Assembly (NCBI GenBank): GCA_964016885.1
Contig: OZ024741.1
Location: forward strand, 304,420,001 to 304,484,000
Reading direction: 5' to 3'
Source of the DNA: Eledone cirrhosa
Taxonomy: Eukaryota
DNA length: 64,000 nucleotides
The notes under the pieces are model-generated. The model did no database searches, was not told the origin of the DNA, and saw only the letters and a program-made list of their open reading frames with translations. The position numbers and the translations under genes were made by a program. Shown here one piece after another: positions 47,894 through 63,181 of the stretch (its first letter is position 1; every line of letters starts with the position of its first letter).

Positions 47894-48011
47894 TCATAAG
47901 TTGTTCTTGTGCCATATCCACTGTTTGCAGGCATGGTCAAAGTTGTGTGTACGCCATTGCTGCTCCAACAGACAATAACGTTCTTCACTGAGGTAGAGAG
48001 GCTTGCCACGC
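47894..48011 (-). CDS. UBR3: UBR3 last coding exon
   Basis: RGKPLYLSEERYCLLEQQWRTHNFDHACKQWIWHKNNL*. Confidence 0.93.
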
Positions 48012-49671
48012 CTGACGGAACAAGAAAAATATAGACAAGAGATATCAAGGTCAGTTGTTTTTACTAGCAACAATAAGGCAACAGGAAAAACAATTAAGTA
48101 CATATCAGTAACAACAGTGTTTTTAAAAAAAAAACGATGAAAAAGTCAAAGAAAGGCAAAGAAAAAGAGAGAAAAAAGTAAGCCAGAAACAGAAGGTGCT
48201 GACGGCAATGGTGATTATGGTGGTGTTGATAGAAATGGTGATGTGAGAATGGAAAAGGATGAAAGAAACACACCTACAGTCACTGGAAGTAGTCTGAAAA
48301 GGAACACATTAGATAATAAATCACCTACCTTAGCTCTTCATCTTCCTCACCATGTTTGTCCAGATAGACTGATCCCCAAAGTGCTGCTCTCTGACCACGG
48401 ATCACAACAATTATGCTAGAGTTGACCAACAGAAACACACCTGTCCCACCACCACAGGTTATTGAATGCTAGAGAAAGAGAAAGAGGAGGAAGAAATTGA
48501 AATAACTGTTTTCACTTCACACGACACTGACAGCATTTAGCAAACGTTATATTTCTAGTTGATTGTTTGTTTGTTTATCGAAGGAACATATACATGGTTA
48601 GTGTTAGGGAGGGCATCCAGCTGTAAAACAACAACCAAAATGCAGTTCCATTTGAGCAAGATATGGTGCAGTCAAATGGCCAGACCCTCCTCATAATGGG
48701 CCCACCTAGTTCCATACTGTAAAAATGGTTGGTGTTAGAAGGGGCATTCAGCTGCAAAAAAACCTGCCAAAATGCAGTTCTATTTGAGCAAGGTTTGGTG
48801 CAGCCAACTGGCCAGACTTGCCTCATAACATGGATGACCCGTCTGACCCATGCAAACATGGAAAATAAGACAAATGGTAATGATGGCAGTAGTAGCTTAG
48901 TGCTAGATTTCAGACACAAAGTCTATCACCAGCTTGTATTGGTAAAGCTCACACCCCAACCCTAGCAAACTAGTCTGTTATAAAAGTTCAATACTTTTTG
49001 AGGTATTTCGTACATTTGCATGGACCCCTAACTCCTGGAGTCCATAAGGGTGTTGTTGTAACATACAGCATGTCTTGGACATTTAAACCTATCAGAGCCT
49101 CTCCCTGAATGTTTTTACTCAGACAATTATAAACTAAAATTTGGGTGAGATTTATATCTAAAGTTAATGTTACAAAAAGAGATCTCTGGGGTTCAAGAAA
49201 AATATTCACTAAACTTTATGAACAAAGCAAGAAAATAAATGTTCCACTAGATCGTGCTAACCTGCACACATTCTCGAACAGATTCTTGTTCACAGCAAGC
49301 TTCTCGGAAGCAGAGAAACTCTGCACATATTAAACATATCGTTGGATCTCGAGGAATTTTGTTACAAACCACACAGGTTTTGTTGCGATACTCCTGGAAT
49401 ATTTTGTAGTATTGATCAGGAAGTTCCACAAGTCTTGGTTGATGGTAATTAAAACTTGAAGGAACTAAATACTGAAAAACAAAATAAAATAAAAATATAA
49501 GTATATATCAACATCATCACTGTTTAACGTTTATTTTTACACACACACAACACACATCCATGTGGTTGACAGCTGAGGTGATCAGACAAGAACTTGTCTG
49601 ATGATCTGATGACCCTTTGATAAACAGGCGAAACTCCAGAGTAACAAGACTCACGTTTTAGCTTTAATAAT

Positions 49672-49704
<33 letters not shown>

Positions 49705-52700
49705 CATCATCATTTTACGTCTGCTTTTCCCTGCTTGCAAGGGTTGGACGGGTCCTATTCAGCACAGCATCTCTCCACTTGTCACGGCCCTTCGTCATCT
49801 CCTCGGTGAGTTTCAGCGATCTGAGGTCTGCTCTCACCACCTCCGCCCATGTTTTTCGAGGTCTACCTCTACTGCGTCTTCCTTCTACTGGCATTTCTTG
49901 GCACTTCTTTACCCAGCGGTCATCCTCCATGAGCATCACATGTCCATACCATCTCAGCTTTCACTCCTACACACCACAACTTATCCCTCTTATACCCAGT
50001 TTCTTTCTCAACTTGTCTATGCTTGGTCGTTCACGCACATTGGCATTGCACATCCAACGGAGCATACTTGCTTCATTTCTCTCCAGCCGTTGCATATTTT
50101 CTGCAGTTGCTGCCCATGTCTCACTACCATGCAGCATCGCGCATCTCACACAGGTATCATATAACCGTCCTTTCGTACGCAGGGAGAAACCCTTCTTAGT
50201 CAACAGAGGAAGCAGCTCCATAAACTTCTTCCAACCTGTCCTTATTCTAGATATTATGGCCTCGGAACACCCCCCTCCCATGCTAATCTGATCATCTAGG
50301 TACTGGAAGCTATCAACCACTTCTATAGAACCCACCTGCATTGGAAAAATGTGTCTATCACTGCGATTACTACTGCCAACTTTCCCTGTACATCTACTGC
50401 ATACATAGTTTTCCCTACATGTTAGTTTGCCTGCTATCCCACTACATCTCTTGTGTACCCAAGATCTGCATTGCAGTACATTTTATGGAATTTATGCCAG
50501 TTCCTTTCCTACATATCGAACATGGCCATTTCCCCGATGGAATCAGAGTATTGCCCTCTCTTCTACTTATCAACACTTTTGTTTTAGCTATGTTACCTCT
50601 CAGGCTTCTTGATTCCAACTGCTGTTTCCATAGCCAGAATTTATTCTCTAGCTCCTCTACTGATTCTGCTATAAGAACCAGATCATCAGCATAGAGAAGT
50701 TCCCATGGACAGCCAGTCTTAAACTCCTCTGTTATGGCTTGGAGGACTATAATGAACAAGAGCGAGCTGAGGACTGAACCCTGATGTACACCTACTTGTA
50801 TCTAGAATTCCTCACTAAACTCTATTCCTATTCTCACTTTACTGACAGCACCCCTGTACATAGCTTGCACTGTCCTCACAAGCCATTCCTCTACACCTAG
50901 TTTCCTTAGGGACCACCAGATGACAGATCGGGGTACCCTATCAAAGGCCTTCTCTAGGTCAACAAAAGCTAAGTATAGTGGCTTATTCTTCTCCAAGAAC
51001 CCCTCTTGTAGTTGCTTCACTAAGAAGAGGGCATCTGTTGTACTTTTCCGAGGCACAAAACCAAACTGCATCTCATCTAATTTGACCCTTTCTCTAATCA
51101 GTGGCGCTAATATTCTCTCTGCCACTTTCATAACCTGATCCATCAGCTTTATGCCCCTATAAGTGCTCCTCTCTAGAGCATCCTCCTTTACCTTTGTAGC
51201 AATTATGAGAATACTGCTGCACCAGTCTTTGGGTATGACACCACCATATATAGCCTGATTGATGATGCGTGCAACTAGTTTAGTGCCTACTTCTCCTGAT
51301 GCCTTCAGCATCTTAGCAACTATCCCTGATGGTCCAGTAGCCTTACCATTCTTCATTTCCCTAATTGCCTCTTGCACCCTATATTCATCAATCTCAATAG
51401 CTGGTCCCTCTGTCGGGTCTACTGGGGGTAATTTCTCTCTGTCCCATTCGTTCTCTACATTCACCAGTCTCTCATAATGACATTTCCAGGCCTCCTTTTT
51501 TTTTTATCATTCGTGACACTAAGTACACCGGCATCATTCCAGACACACTTATCTCCAACAACATCCTGATTTGTACTGACACACTGCCTTACAATGCGGA
51601 ACACCGCGCGTCTCTGATCTTCCCGTCGCAGAACATTGGCAAATCTCCTACTCTCAGCCTCCCTGCTTGCTAAGTACACCTGACGTCTAGCTTCTCTCTT
51701 AGCAGCTGCGTATCCTTCTCTACTCCCACCGTTTTTTCAAGCCGTCCATGCCAGTCTTTTGTCTCTAATGGCCCTATCTACCGTGCTGTTCCACCACCAG
51801 GTCACTCTCTGTCTGGTTGAAGCTCTGCCCCAACCACAAGTTTCTTCAGTAGCCTGCAGTAAGTTGTCACGCAAGAAATTCCAGTTATCATCTATGTCAT
51901 ACGATTCTAAATCGTCTTCCATTTCGTCATACACGTCTTGAAGGGCTTTGCTAAATTTATATTTTAATGAAAGGTCTTTTAGCTTCAGGACCTTTCTTTT
52001 CCACACCTTCCTGTATGTCTCATTCTTTCTCTTGCTTACTGAGATGTCACTAACAACTAACCTATGCTGTGGGGTACATTCTTCCCCGGGATATGCCTTA
52101 GTATTTGACACCATCTGTCTGTCTCGCTGTCTAACTAGCAGGAAGTCATGTATTATATATCTACATTCTATTTTCTTTAAAGTATGGAGTACTTACTAGT
52201 CCTTAGTAACAAATTATACAGACATGTATTTAATTTAATAAAGAGAAAGAGTATTTAATATATGTTGTATATATATATATATAAAATTTAATTAGTGATT
52301 TAATATTTGATATCCATGCCAAATTACTCTCACAAAGGTACACTCTTATTTGTCAGATTCGACAGAGTTGTTAGAACGTCAGATAGTATCCTTGCGGTAT
52401 TTGTTTCAGCTCTGTGCAATCCAAGTTCAAATCCCGCCAAGGTCAATTTCGCCTCTCATTCTTTTGAGGTTGATAAAAAAAGTATGCCACTACAGCTCCA
52501 TAAAGAGTTATGGGACCATACCATAATTTGATTCATGTAAAGCCTACAGTCAAGTTTAAACCATTTCAAATCAGTTAAGCTTGACTTTAGTGGTTACATG
52601 TATTATATATCTACATTCTATTTTCTTTAAAGTATGGAGTACTTACTAGTCCTTAGTAACAACTTATACAGACATGTATTTAATTTAATAAAGAGAAAGA

Positions 52701-55700
52701 GTATTTAATACATGTTGTACAAAGGGAGAGAGAGAGAGAGAGAAAGAAAGAAAGAGTTGCTGACATACTTGATTTTTGAGAGAGGGAGGGCCATCAATTG
52801 CTACAGCAAGTTCATGTAGCCAAAACCGGGTGATGGGTAAAATCTCAGATACACAGAATCGAACAAAGTGTTCTGTTCGTTGAGTTTCATCTGTTTTGTG
52901 AGGAACAGACAACCCTGACGGAGTACAAGCAGGTACATTTAGCTGGCTATCACAAGTCTTCTCTCCTAACATGAGGTAGTGGCAGAGATAGGGAAATTCA
53001 AACGTATACTGAAACAGATAAAAATAAATTTTATACATAATTGTCATCATCATCATCATCACTGTTTTATATCTGTTTTCCATGCTTGCATTGATTAGAT
53101 TGTTTGACATGTTCTGAGATTAGACAGGTCAGGTGACTGCATCTTTGGCAGTTTCTACAGCTAGATGCCTTTCTTTAAGCCATTCACTTCACAACATATA
53201 CTGGGTATTTTGTAATGTTGATAAACTTAGCAAGAATGCTCCAACTAGGACTGACATGGGTCTAAAACTTCATCAACATCAACAGAGCAGCGTTCCCAGT
53301 ACACTCTGTAAAATGGTTGACTTTAGGAATAGTATCTAGAACATTCTGGGTGGGCATTCTAATTCACAACATATTTCAGAAGATTTTTATAAACTCAATT
53401 GAGAGTGTACCATTGAAAAGTAGAGGGAGGAGGTGGCAGTGCCATTCAGTGCCTCCCTCCTTACCCCACTGGTGTTGGGCCCGATCCAACCAGTATATCC
53501 ATGTCAAAAATCCATGCTAAAATAAATGACATTTTCAACAAAAAAGAGTGATGGTTTTCTCTGCTGTTGTGTCTATCAGATTATGGAGGACTGATAAATG
53601 GTGAGGCATTGTCATCCAGCATATACCAGCAGACAAAAAGGGATTTATGAAGATGATATATGTAAGAGGAAATTATAGAAATACGAACATTATCATGTTA
53701 TGCCCTTGTTTATAACTGAATAAAAAAATTAAGAGAAATTTAGTAAATATTCACAAAATCTCGACAACTAAATGCTTACCTTTTTCTGTGGGAATTCTTC
53801 ATCAAATAAGTGTCGCTGTAAAAGTGCTGCAATTCTTAAATAGGGAAGCAAGAATGTCTGCAATGCACTTTCTACAGTATCTGGACTCCAGATCCATTGC
53901 GATATCTACAATAAAAATTAGTTGCTATACTAACTGAAATTTAAAAGTTTTTCCAAAATTATTATAATTCAATATCTTTCTCAATTTTATTCACATCTCT
54001 GATTTCTCATAAACACCATACCTCAGTACACTATTCTCAACATTACAGCACACATCTCTCTCTCCTCACACCATTCTCTCTCATACCATCTTCAACATCA
54101 CACTACACTACACTTAATCATGCCACCCTCAATATTGTACTACACTAACAATATCACCCCCATTATTTATACTACACTACATTTAACCATATCACCTCCA
54201 ACATTATACTACACTACTCAACTATACCACCCTCAACATTACACTTAACCACACCACCCTCAACATTATACTACATTACACTTAACCATACCACCCTCAA
54301 CATTGTACTACACTACACTTAACCATACCACCCTCAATATCACACTTCACTATACTACATTTAACCACACCATACTACACATTTAGCCATACTACATTTA
54401 ACTCTACCACCTTCAATCTCACAGCACACTACAGTTAACTATACCATAACATTTCTCTTAATATGTATTTTCCTATCAAAGTTAACAAACCTTTTTTTTG
54501 TCAGAAGCTCAAATGATAGGTTAAAAACAAATAAGTTGAGAAATAAATACTCACACAACCAAGATGCTGGTCTTTCTCATCGTATAATTGACTGAGTTGC
54601 AGTCGAGTAATAACATGGCTCATCATACCACTAACTTGTTGCAATGAATCCTACAATAAAAATATTTAAAAAGTTATTTAATAAGAATAGATCTATATCA
54701 TACTCCTCCTCTTCCTCATCATCATTTTATGTCAGCTTTTCCATGGGTTGGATGGGTCTTTTCTAGTACAGCTTCCCTTCATTCATTGCATTCCTTCACA
54801 GCACTAATATTGACTTCGCCTGTACAGTGATTGTCTAGGGCTCTGTTCAACAGACTCTCGGACCATGTCAATAACTTCCTCTGTATGCTTCCCAGGTTGT
54901 CCAGACCGGGTAGGACAGTCCTCAGACATTGTATTGAGGTTCTCCTCTGTCCAATACTTCTCAAACTTCTTCACCCAGTTTTGTATATTGGCTTTGAAGA
55001 GAAATTTGTCCATTCCAAAAAAATGCATAAAATTGCTTCTGGGCCTGCTTCACACTTATAGTAGTGTTTCACACAGAAAATCCGGTGCTAGAGATCCCAT
55101 TGGGGTTTTGTCTTCTCAGTCATTGTATTTGCCATGTCCAGAAATTTACGGTTGATCAGTTAGAAAAGAGAAAATATAGTGACATTAAACATGTGCAGGG
55201 TCAGTTTCAGGACTCTTCAGTTATATCAAAAACATGACAACCTCACTGTGTTGGTGACATGATAAACGCACCCAGTACATTCTGTAAGGTGATTGTTGAT
55301 AGGAATGGCATTCAATCCTAGAAAACTTGCCAAACAAAGGGCTGGGAGATCTCTTCAGCTGTGTCAAAAACATGACAACTTCCGAAGTACTGGTGCCATG
55401 ACAAAATGCACAGTAGTGCACAAGAATGTATGTAAGCACGATGAAGGCCCTCAGCCCATCTGAGAAATCAGTAACTTCACTTAAGTACTGATTTGGTCTG
55501 TGAAAACCCCATCCAACCCTTGCTAACAGAGAAAACAGATGTTAAAGGGTGATGATCATGATATATATATATATATATATATATAAATATATATAAATAA
55601 ATATGAAAGTTTAGATGTAGACAAACACACACACAACAGGCTTCCACAGAATGACCTATCTACCACATTTCACTCACAAGGCTGTGGTCAACCTGGGGCT

Positions 55701-58700
55701 ATAGCTAAAGACACTTACCCATGTGTGCCACACAGTGGGAATGAACCCGGGACCACATGCTTTAGAAGCAAACTTCTAAATCACACAGTCACAATTGCAT
55801 AGACACATGACAATCTTCTGCACAGTTTCTATAGTAGAAAATAAAAAGTGTAATGCTCATACTTTTCTCAAGGTCATTGAAGATGAATTACATAGATACC
55901 TGATAGTTAATGAACAATTAAATGTCCAAGTTATCAATTGACCCTTTAGCATTTACGTTACTCTATATTTATTAGGCGCATTGGCAGAGTCATTCAGACA
56001 TCGGATAGAATGCTTTACGTTATTCGTCCCACCTCAATGCGTGCTCCGACTTCAAATCTGGCCGGGGTCAAATTTGCCTATTATCCTTTCGTGGTCAATA
56101 AAAAAAAGTACTAGTCCAGTACTGGAGTAAATTCTTCCTCTATAGAAAAAATCAGCTGTGTTCAGACATGGAGATGGTTGGGCTCCGCCAGGTTTAAAAG
56201 TGCCTGAGACATGCCGTTTGACGGTGCCTCTATGACTCCACAAGGAGTTATGGGATCTTTATCCTTTTATATTTACTATTGTATTTTTGCAGTAAAGGCT
56301 TTATGTATGAGATTATGATATTATTTATTTTGAGAACAATACCTTAACATCAGTATGAGCAGCTGGTTTGAAAAGAAAGAGGTGAGAGAATTCTGGCCGG
56401 ATATGGCCGGTTTAAATGCTAAATGGTTAACAGGATAAGGCAGTAAACAAACCAAACAAAATAGAAAGAAAGAGTAAGAAAGTTGAAACCCACACTTACA
56501 CTCATACGTTTTTTACACCAGCCAATCCTTTCGTTGCTAGTAAACCTACAGCTGGTCACCACCAAAGCTTGAATATAGGCCATGTTATACAGTGAGTTCA
56601 CTATATAGTTGAAATGCTCTGGAAATAATAATAATCATAAGGATCCACATTAGCAAGTAAAAAAATATATATATATATAAATATTCTCAAGAATTTTATG
56701 CAAGGAACATTTGTCAAGTTATGCTCCAAACACCAGATAGACATCAACATTTTTACACCCGTTTTCTATGCTGGCATGAGTTAGATGAGTTGTCACAGTC
56801 TAAGTAAGTTCTTATTCAACATTAATGTTTCCCTGGGTGAGTCTGAGGACACATCTTACTTCTATGTTACATTTTTGGTATAATTTCTTTCACTGGGCGC
56901 ATCTTACTGTGGTACCAACACTAGAGAGGTTTTTATACACTTATGACTAACGGGTTCTATCAACCTTTTGCTGTCTCTCATCACTAGCCGCTTTACAAAG
57001 TGTATTTTATTGTGGTACCAGCATGAGAGGTGGTAGCTCACACTGGAAAGTGGAACTGCTGGCACTACAATAAAATGCACCAATTCTACTCAGTAAAGTG
57101 GTAGTGTTGGTGCCACAAAGAAAGAATTTGGTCCTCCCTGTCAGGTGGTGATGGTACTATGAGAGAACGAACTTGGTACAGGTCAAGAAGTGGTTGGCAT
57201 TGAGAGAGGCATTCAAATGGAATGCGTAGGCAAGACAGTTGTCTGATCTGTCTGACTTCAAAATGTAACAACCTATCTAGCCTATACAAGCATGAAAAAT
57301 AGGTGTAAAACGGTGATGATGATAATGATTAAATTTAGAAATGACTTAAATGACCAGACAATGTGTGTGATGAAACAAAACATGATTTTATTCAGAATTT
57401 TCAGACTTAAGAGAACTTCCTCAGTGAATCCGCAAATATAAGACACCAGAGAAATGATGGCATTGTCTTGTGGTCAAGACCTGAAGGAAGACTGGGAAAG
57501 AAACAGAAGTAGATAGCAATAGAAATCAGCAGCAACAGTGTCTGCTAGTTTAAACCTGGGTCAATTCAAACAGTACATTCTAGAAGTTTAGTACAAGGAA
57601 TTCATCCTTTTCCCCCCCTCATAAAGATGTTTTAAGTTGAATGATAGAAGTAGAAAAATAGTAGATATAGATTTGTTATACCTTTGTGCACCTGGTTCAG
57701 GTGCCATTTGAATATTTGAATTGAATTATGACATAAGAGCCCAAAAGTGATGAAATAAAACCTGCATTTTCTGAACTTTTAAGTCATTTTAAAATTTAAT
57801 ATTATTACAATACTTCCAAAACTGCTTCATTATTCTGCTTTATCCATGGCAAATTTCTACAGCTAGATGCCCTTCTTGATACCAACCCATACTTTTCAGT
57901 TTGGTAGAGATTCACTGACTTAAAGCACTTTGGAGGTGAAGACATACACAAACACACACATATATATAAACAACAAGCACACTGTAAGTGTGGTTGGCGT
58001 TAGGAAGGGCATCCAGCCGTAGAAAACCAGCCAGAAACACCCCTATTTGTGCGAGACATAGTTACCCGACACAACTTGCCTTAAAATAGAACCCGTCTAA
58101 CCCATGCTAGTGTGGAAGATGGACATTAATCGATGATGAGGATGATGATGATGATGAAGCTTCCACAGAATTCCCATCTACAAAATTCACTCACAAGGCA
58201 TTGATTAGCCTAAAGTTATAATAGAAGACACTTGTGTATGTGTCACACAGCAAGACTCAACTACATGCTTTAAAAGTGAACTTCTAAGCTATATAGATAT
58301 GCCTGCTCATATATATTTAAGTAGTTAGATGCAAGTTAATTTGATTAAAATAATCTAATATTAGCAGTCCAAGACTTATATGTAATACATACGATGAAAC
58401 ACGTGTAAGTGTTATGCAATAAATGTTATTCCCACTCATCTGAATTATGGTGTTTTTAATAATAATTTATATATTATAATCAATAAAATGTGATTCGTTA
58501 ATACAGGTTAGTATACAGAGAAAGAATTTAGTATTTGATTCACCACTATCATCCTCATCATGAGACAGACTTTGCAATCACTTGAGTTGCTAGAAATAAC
58601 AGCCAATTCTTCCTCAAATCACACCCAACCATATAAAGGCAGGACACATTGAATAATGTAAGTTATAAATGCAATTAAAAACAAAACAAGATGATCAGGT

Positions 58701-61700
58701 CTGGAATGTATTTAACTCATATGTCTGTTCAATCAGAGCTGATCAGGGGCTAAAACCAATAACAATAACAGCAATGTCGTCATTCTTGTTTTACATTGAA
58801 GAATGAGAGATAGAGTGACAGATAAAGAGTGTGACAATGAGTTGAAGTTTAACTTACGTTTACTGATATCAGGTATCTGAAGTAGAAAATTCAACAGCAT
58901 AGTTACAGGATCTCTCAGTAAAATAGGCACTTGTCCAGGAACACTTGATAATCTTTAAAAAAATTTTTTTAGAAAGGGAACAATCAGAATAGATTTTAAA
59001 GACACTTTTGAATACTCATGTCATTACAATTCTTTTACTGATTTATATGAGTGAAAAGAAAAAAAAAAATATGACTATGTTGAAAATGTTTGTGGAACAG
59101 CTTCTTTTGATTAGCAAAATCTAAACAGAAACCAAACTTACGAAGAACCACCATCTCCTAACACAGCCACACCTGTAATAATTTTCCAAAGGTCAGTCTG
59201 GGGCACTGGAGATAAGGCATTGCAGTAATAAGTCAACACACGGAAAAGTGGCACTAAAAATAAAACAAAATAATAATGATTACTACTATAGGTACATGGC
59301 CAGCAATTTGTGGGGAAGAGAAAGTCGATTAAATTGACTCGTGCATGACTAGTGCTTTATTTTATCGACCTCGTAGGGAAAAAAGGCAAAGTTAACCTTA
59401 GTGGGATTTGAACTCACAACATAAGGGGTCGTAACTCTATACCACAAAGCATATTGTTTGATGGTCTCCTGATTCTACCAATCCACCGCTCTAATAATTG
59501 TTTCTACTTTTGGCACAAGGCCAGCAATTACCCAGTGCATTACTGGTACTTTATTTTATCGACCCCGTAAAGATGAAAAGCAAAGTTAACCTCGGCGGGA
59601 TTTGAACTCAGAATGGCAAGGGCCGTAACTATGCATCAAAGCATGGCGTCCGACGCTCTACTGATACTGCCAATCCACCGCTCTAATAATAATAATTGTT
59701 TCTACATTTGACACAAGGCCAGCAATTTGAGGGGAGGGGAAAGTCAATTATATCAAAGCCAGTACTTAACTAGTACATTATTTTATTGACTCCGAAAGGA
59801 GGAAAGGGCAAAGTTGCCCTCAGCAAGATTTGAACTCAGAATGTAGAGCCAGAACAAATAATTGTTTCTACTTTAGGCACAAGGCCAGCAATTACCCAGT
59901 GCATTACTGGTACTTTATTTTATCGACCCCCGTAAGGATGAAAGGCAAAGTCAACCTCGGCGGGAACAAATAATGCTACATGTTTACCCAACATTCTAGC
60001 GACTCTTTCAATCCATCACACAAAAAGACAAAAATAATAATTATGATAATTCTGCTCAACAACATCTTCAATATGAGTCAATAAGAGAAACCATACATGC
60101 TAGAAAGAGCAGTCAAATTTCTCATAAATTAGACACATTGGATAGTGTTTCCAAAGCTGAATATGTCTGGGTAGGGGAGACCCAATAAAATAATTGGATG
60201 ATCATGGCATTCTCGAGAGGACAAATGTCTCAGTCTTAGATATTAGCCGAAAGAATATGATCATGAACACAAATAGCCAAAATGGGGTTTCTCTGAAGGG
60301 TCTCTGGAATATGATATTCAATAAGGTGCAGGTTGGTATCAAAAGAATTAAATTGTTAAAAGTCTTTTTGGAACACAAACTTTATGCTGGAAAATAGATT
60401 CTTTCTAGTGAAACTCTGAGGAATGACATTATCTTTCAATAACCATATCAACAATTGCTCTTATGCTGGTGATCTATACAATAAATGCACACTGTATAGA
60501 AGACCAAGGAGTTAACACAGTGAGATTGAGCCCAACACTATGTGGTTCTAAAGCAAACTTAACCACACAGCCATTCCTGTGCCTACATATCTATACTGAA
60601 TCTATAGGCTTTGCTTGTGACAACATATGTGATGTATTGTATCTATAAGCTATTTGCTCGAAACAGACAATAAATTAGATATACTAGTTTTCAAATGACT
60701 TCCTAAATACGATATATCCAGTGTGCTGGGTGATAAAAATACACAGTACTCTTCGCAAAGTGGTCAGTGATAGGAAGGGCATCCAGACATAGAAAACTTG
60801 CCAAACAAAGGGTTGGAAGGACTCTTCAGCTGTGTCAAAAACATGACAAGGTCCCTAATGTTGATGCCATCATAAAATGCCATCTGTAGAGCACGGAACT
60901 GTATGTAAGCTAGATGAATGCTCCAGTCCAATCTGAGAGATCAGTAGTTCTACTTGAGTACTAACTCAGTCTGTGAAGACTCATATTAAATGATGATGAT
61001 GACCACCAATATCATATCATGTACTTACGGAAAACTTTAGGTTTACTTGAAGGTGACTCCCTGGTTAACAACTGACCACCATAGCCCAGAAGCTCTAATT
61101 CCAAGTTAGTTCTGTAAAGAAAACAAAATTAATAATATGTCATTTTTTTATACTATGTCCACAAAAATTTGATGTGTACACAAAAATTTGATAATGTATA
61201 CACAAAAATTTGATAATGTGTACACAAAAATTTGATAATGTGTACACAAAAATTTGAGATAATTTTCACAATACATCATGATCACTGTTTAATGTCTATT
61301 TTCCATACTTGCATAGGTTAAATGAGTTGTCACATTATGAAACAAGTCAGGTCAGGTGACCATGTCTTGCTCTTACAGAACTGTATTTTGGCTTGGTTTC
61401 TATGGATGCCCTTCCTAATGTTATCCACATTAGTGTGGACTGAGTGCTTCTTATCGTGGCACCAGCACAAACACCTTACAGAGTTGACTGGATGCTTTTT
61501 TTTCTCATGTCACCAGTAAACAATGTAATGGACGGATGAATTGGTAATACCCTAGATTATAGCTGTATTTTTGTAGTCTCGGCATGATTTTACTGGTTAG
61601 ATGCCCCTCCTCACACTAACCCCATTACAGCATAGATTGAATACAACCAGAGAAGTTGCTTGTCAGGCACTCTGTATCTGCTTTTATTTAAAGGTGTTGC

Positions 61701-63144
61701 TCTCCTACACTTTGTTAATGCTCATAAAATCCACATCTCCTCTGCTCAGGAATCTATTCAGATTTACAACCCTCCTAGATAGGTTGCCTTCACAGTTCAC
61801 AAAGTCCACACCCTTCCATGCAAGTATTAAAAAGCAAACGTAAAAATGATGATACCGAAATGGTAAGTTTTTTTAATTAATGACCATTATTATAATAGAC
61901 CAGGTGGCGAGTTGTTAGAATGTCGGATAGAATGCTTTACAATATTTGTTTTGGTTCTCTGTTCTCTGAGTTCAAATTCCACTGAAGTCAACTTTGCCTT
62001 TCATCCATTCAAAGTTGATAAAAAAAGTACCATCTAGAACTGGGGTCAATTTTTCCTCTCCGTTTCTTTCTCACTTCATTTCTCTCACTCTTTCTATCCT
62101 TCTCTGGGAAGAAATCTGCTGTATTCAGACCTGGAGTGGAGATGGGCTCCACCAGGTTTTAAAAGAACCTTAGAAACACTGTATGTCAATAAGGGGCTCC
62201 TACGACTCCCTTAGGAGTTATGGGGCCATGCACACATTATAATAGCCCACCACTCCACCATCAATCATTCAAATAAAAGAAGATCATCATCATCATCAAT
62301 TTTCCATGCTCACATGGGTTAGAACAGCTGTTATGTTATGAGGCTATACAGGTCAAGTGACCACCTCTTGCTCATACATTGTTTTGGGCTTGGTTTCTTT
62401 GGTTGGATGCTCTTTCTTCGGCCAACTACATTACATGTACTGGGAATTCTGTGACACTAGTACTACCACCTTAGAGGGTGGAGTAAGTACTCTTTGTTAG
62501 GGAACCACCACTACCACCTTACATGGTGAACTAGGTACTTTTTGTTGTGGCACCAGCTCTACTTTCCTACAGGGTAGACTAGGTGCATTTTGTTGTGGCA
62601 CCAGCTCTACTATCTTACAAGATGGACAAAGTGGTTTTTGTTGTGGCATCAGCACTACCACTTTACAAAGTGGATTGGGTGTATTTTGTTGTGGCACCAG
62701 CAATACTACTTTACAAAGTGGATTGAATGCATTTTGTCGTGACACTAGCAATACCACTTTACAAAGTGGATTGGGTGCATTTTGTTGTGGCACCACACTA
62801 CCACCTTACGAGATTTCATTTTTTTTTTAAATTCATTTATAAAGTTGTATAAAATGAAAAACAAAAGTGTTACCTGGCAATAGAAGAAATAAAGAGCAAC
62901 ATATTAGTTGCTTCATGATCACAGTATTTCCTGTACATGAGGGGGGTGGCATTGGTGAGCTCATCAATCAAAGAACATTGTTGTCCTGGAAACTAAAATA
63001 AAGTACAATATATCCAATAGATAGTTTAAGTTATTAGAGTTAGTGTGTATCTGTGTGTGTGTATGTAGGTCTGATGTTGAGTGCATATGAGTGTGTGTGT
63101 GTGTACATATGTAGGTGTACATTTGTCTTTGTGAAGATGAGTGC

Positions 63145-63181
<37 letters not shown>

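Noticed and set aside
57405-57490. Possible extra UBR3 exon after a CTTCCTTCAG acceptor
   Set aside because: Reaches stops without a good donor; the flanking exons already join in phase.
62455-62810. CRISPR-like look of regularly spaced repeats (also 10820-10902)
   Set aside because: Units are contiguous degenerate tandem copies without unique spacers, the context is eukaryotic, and there are no cas genes.
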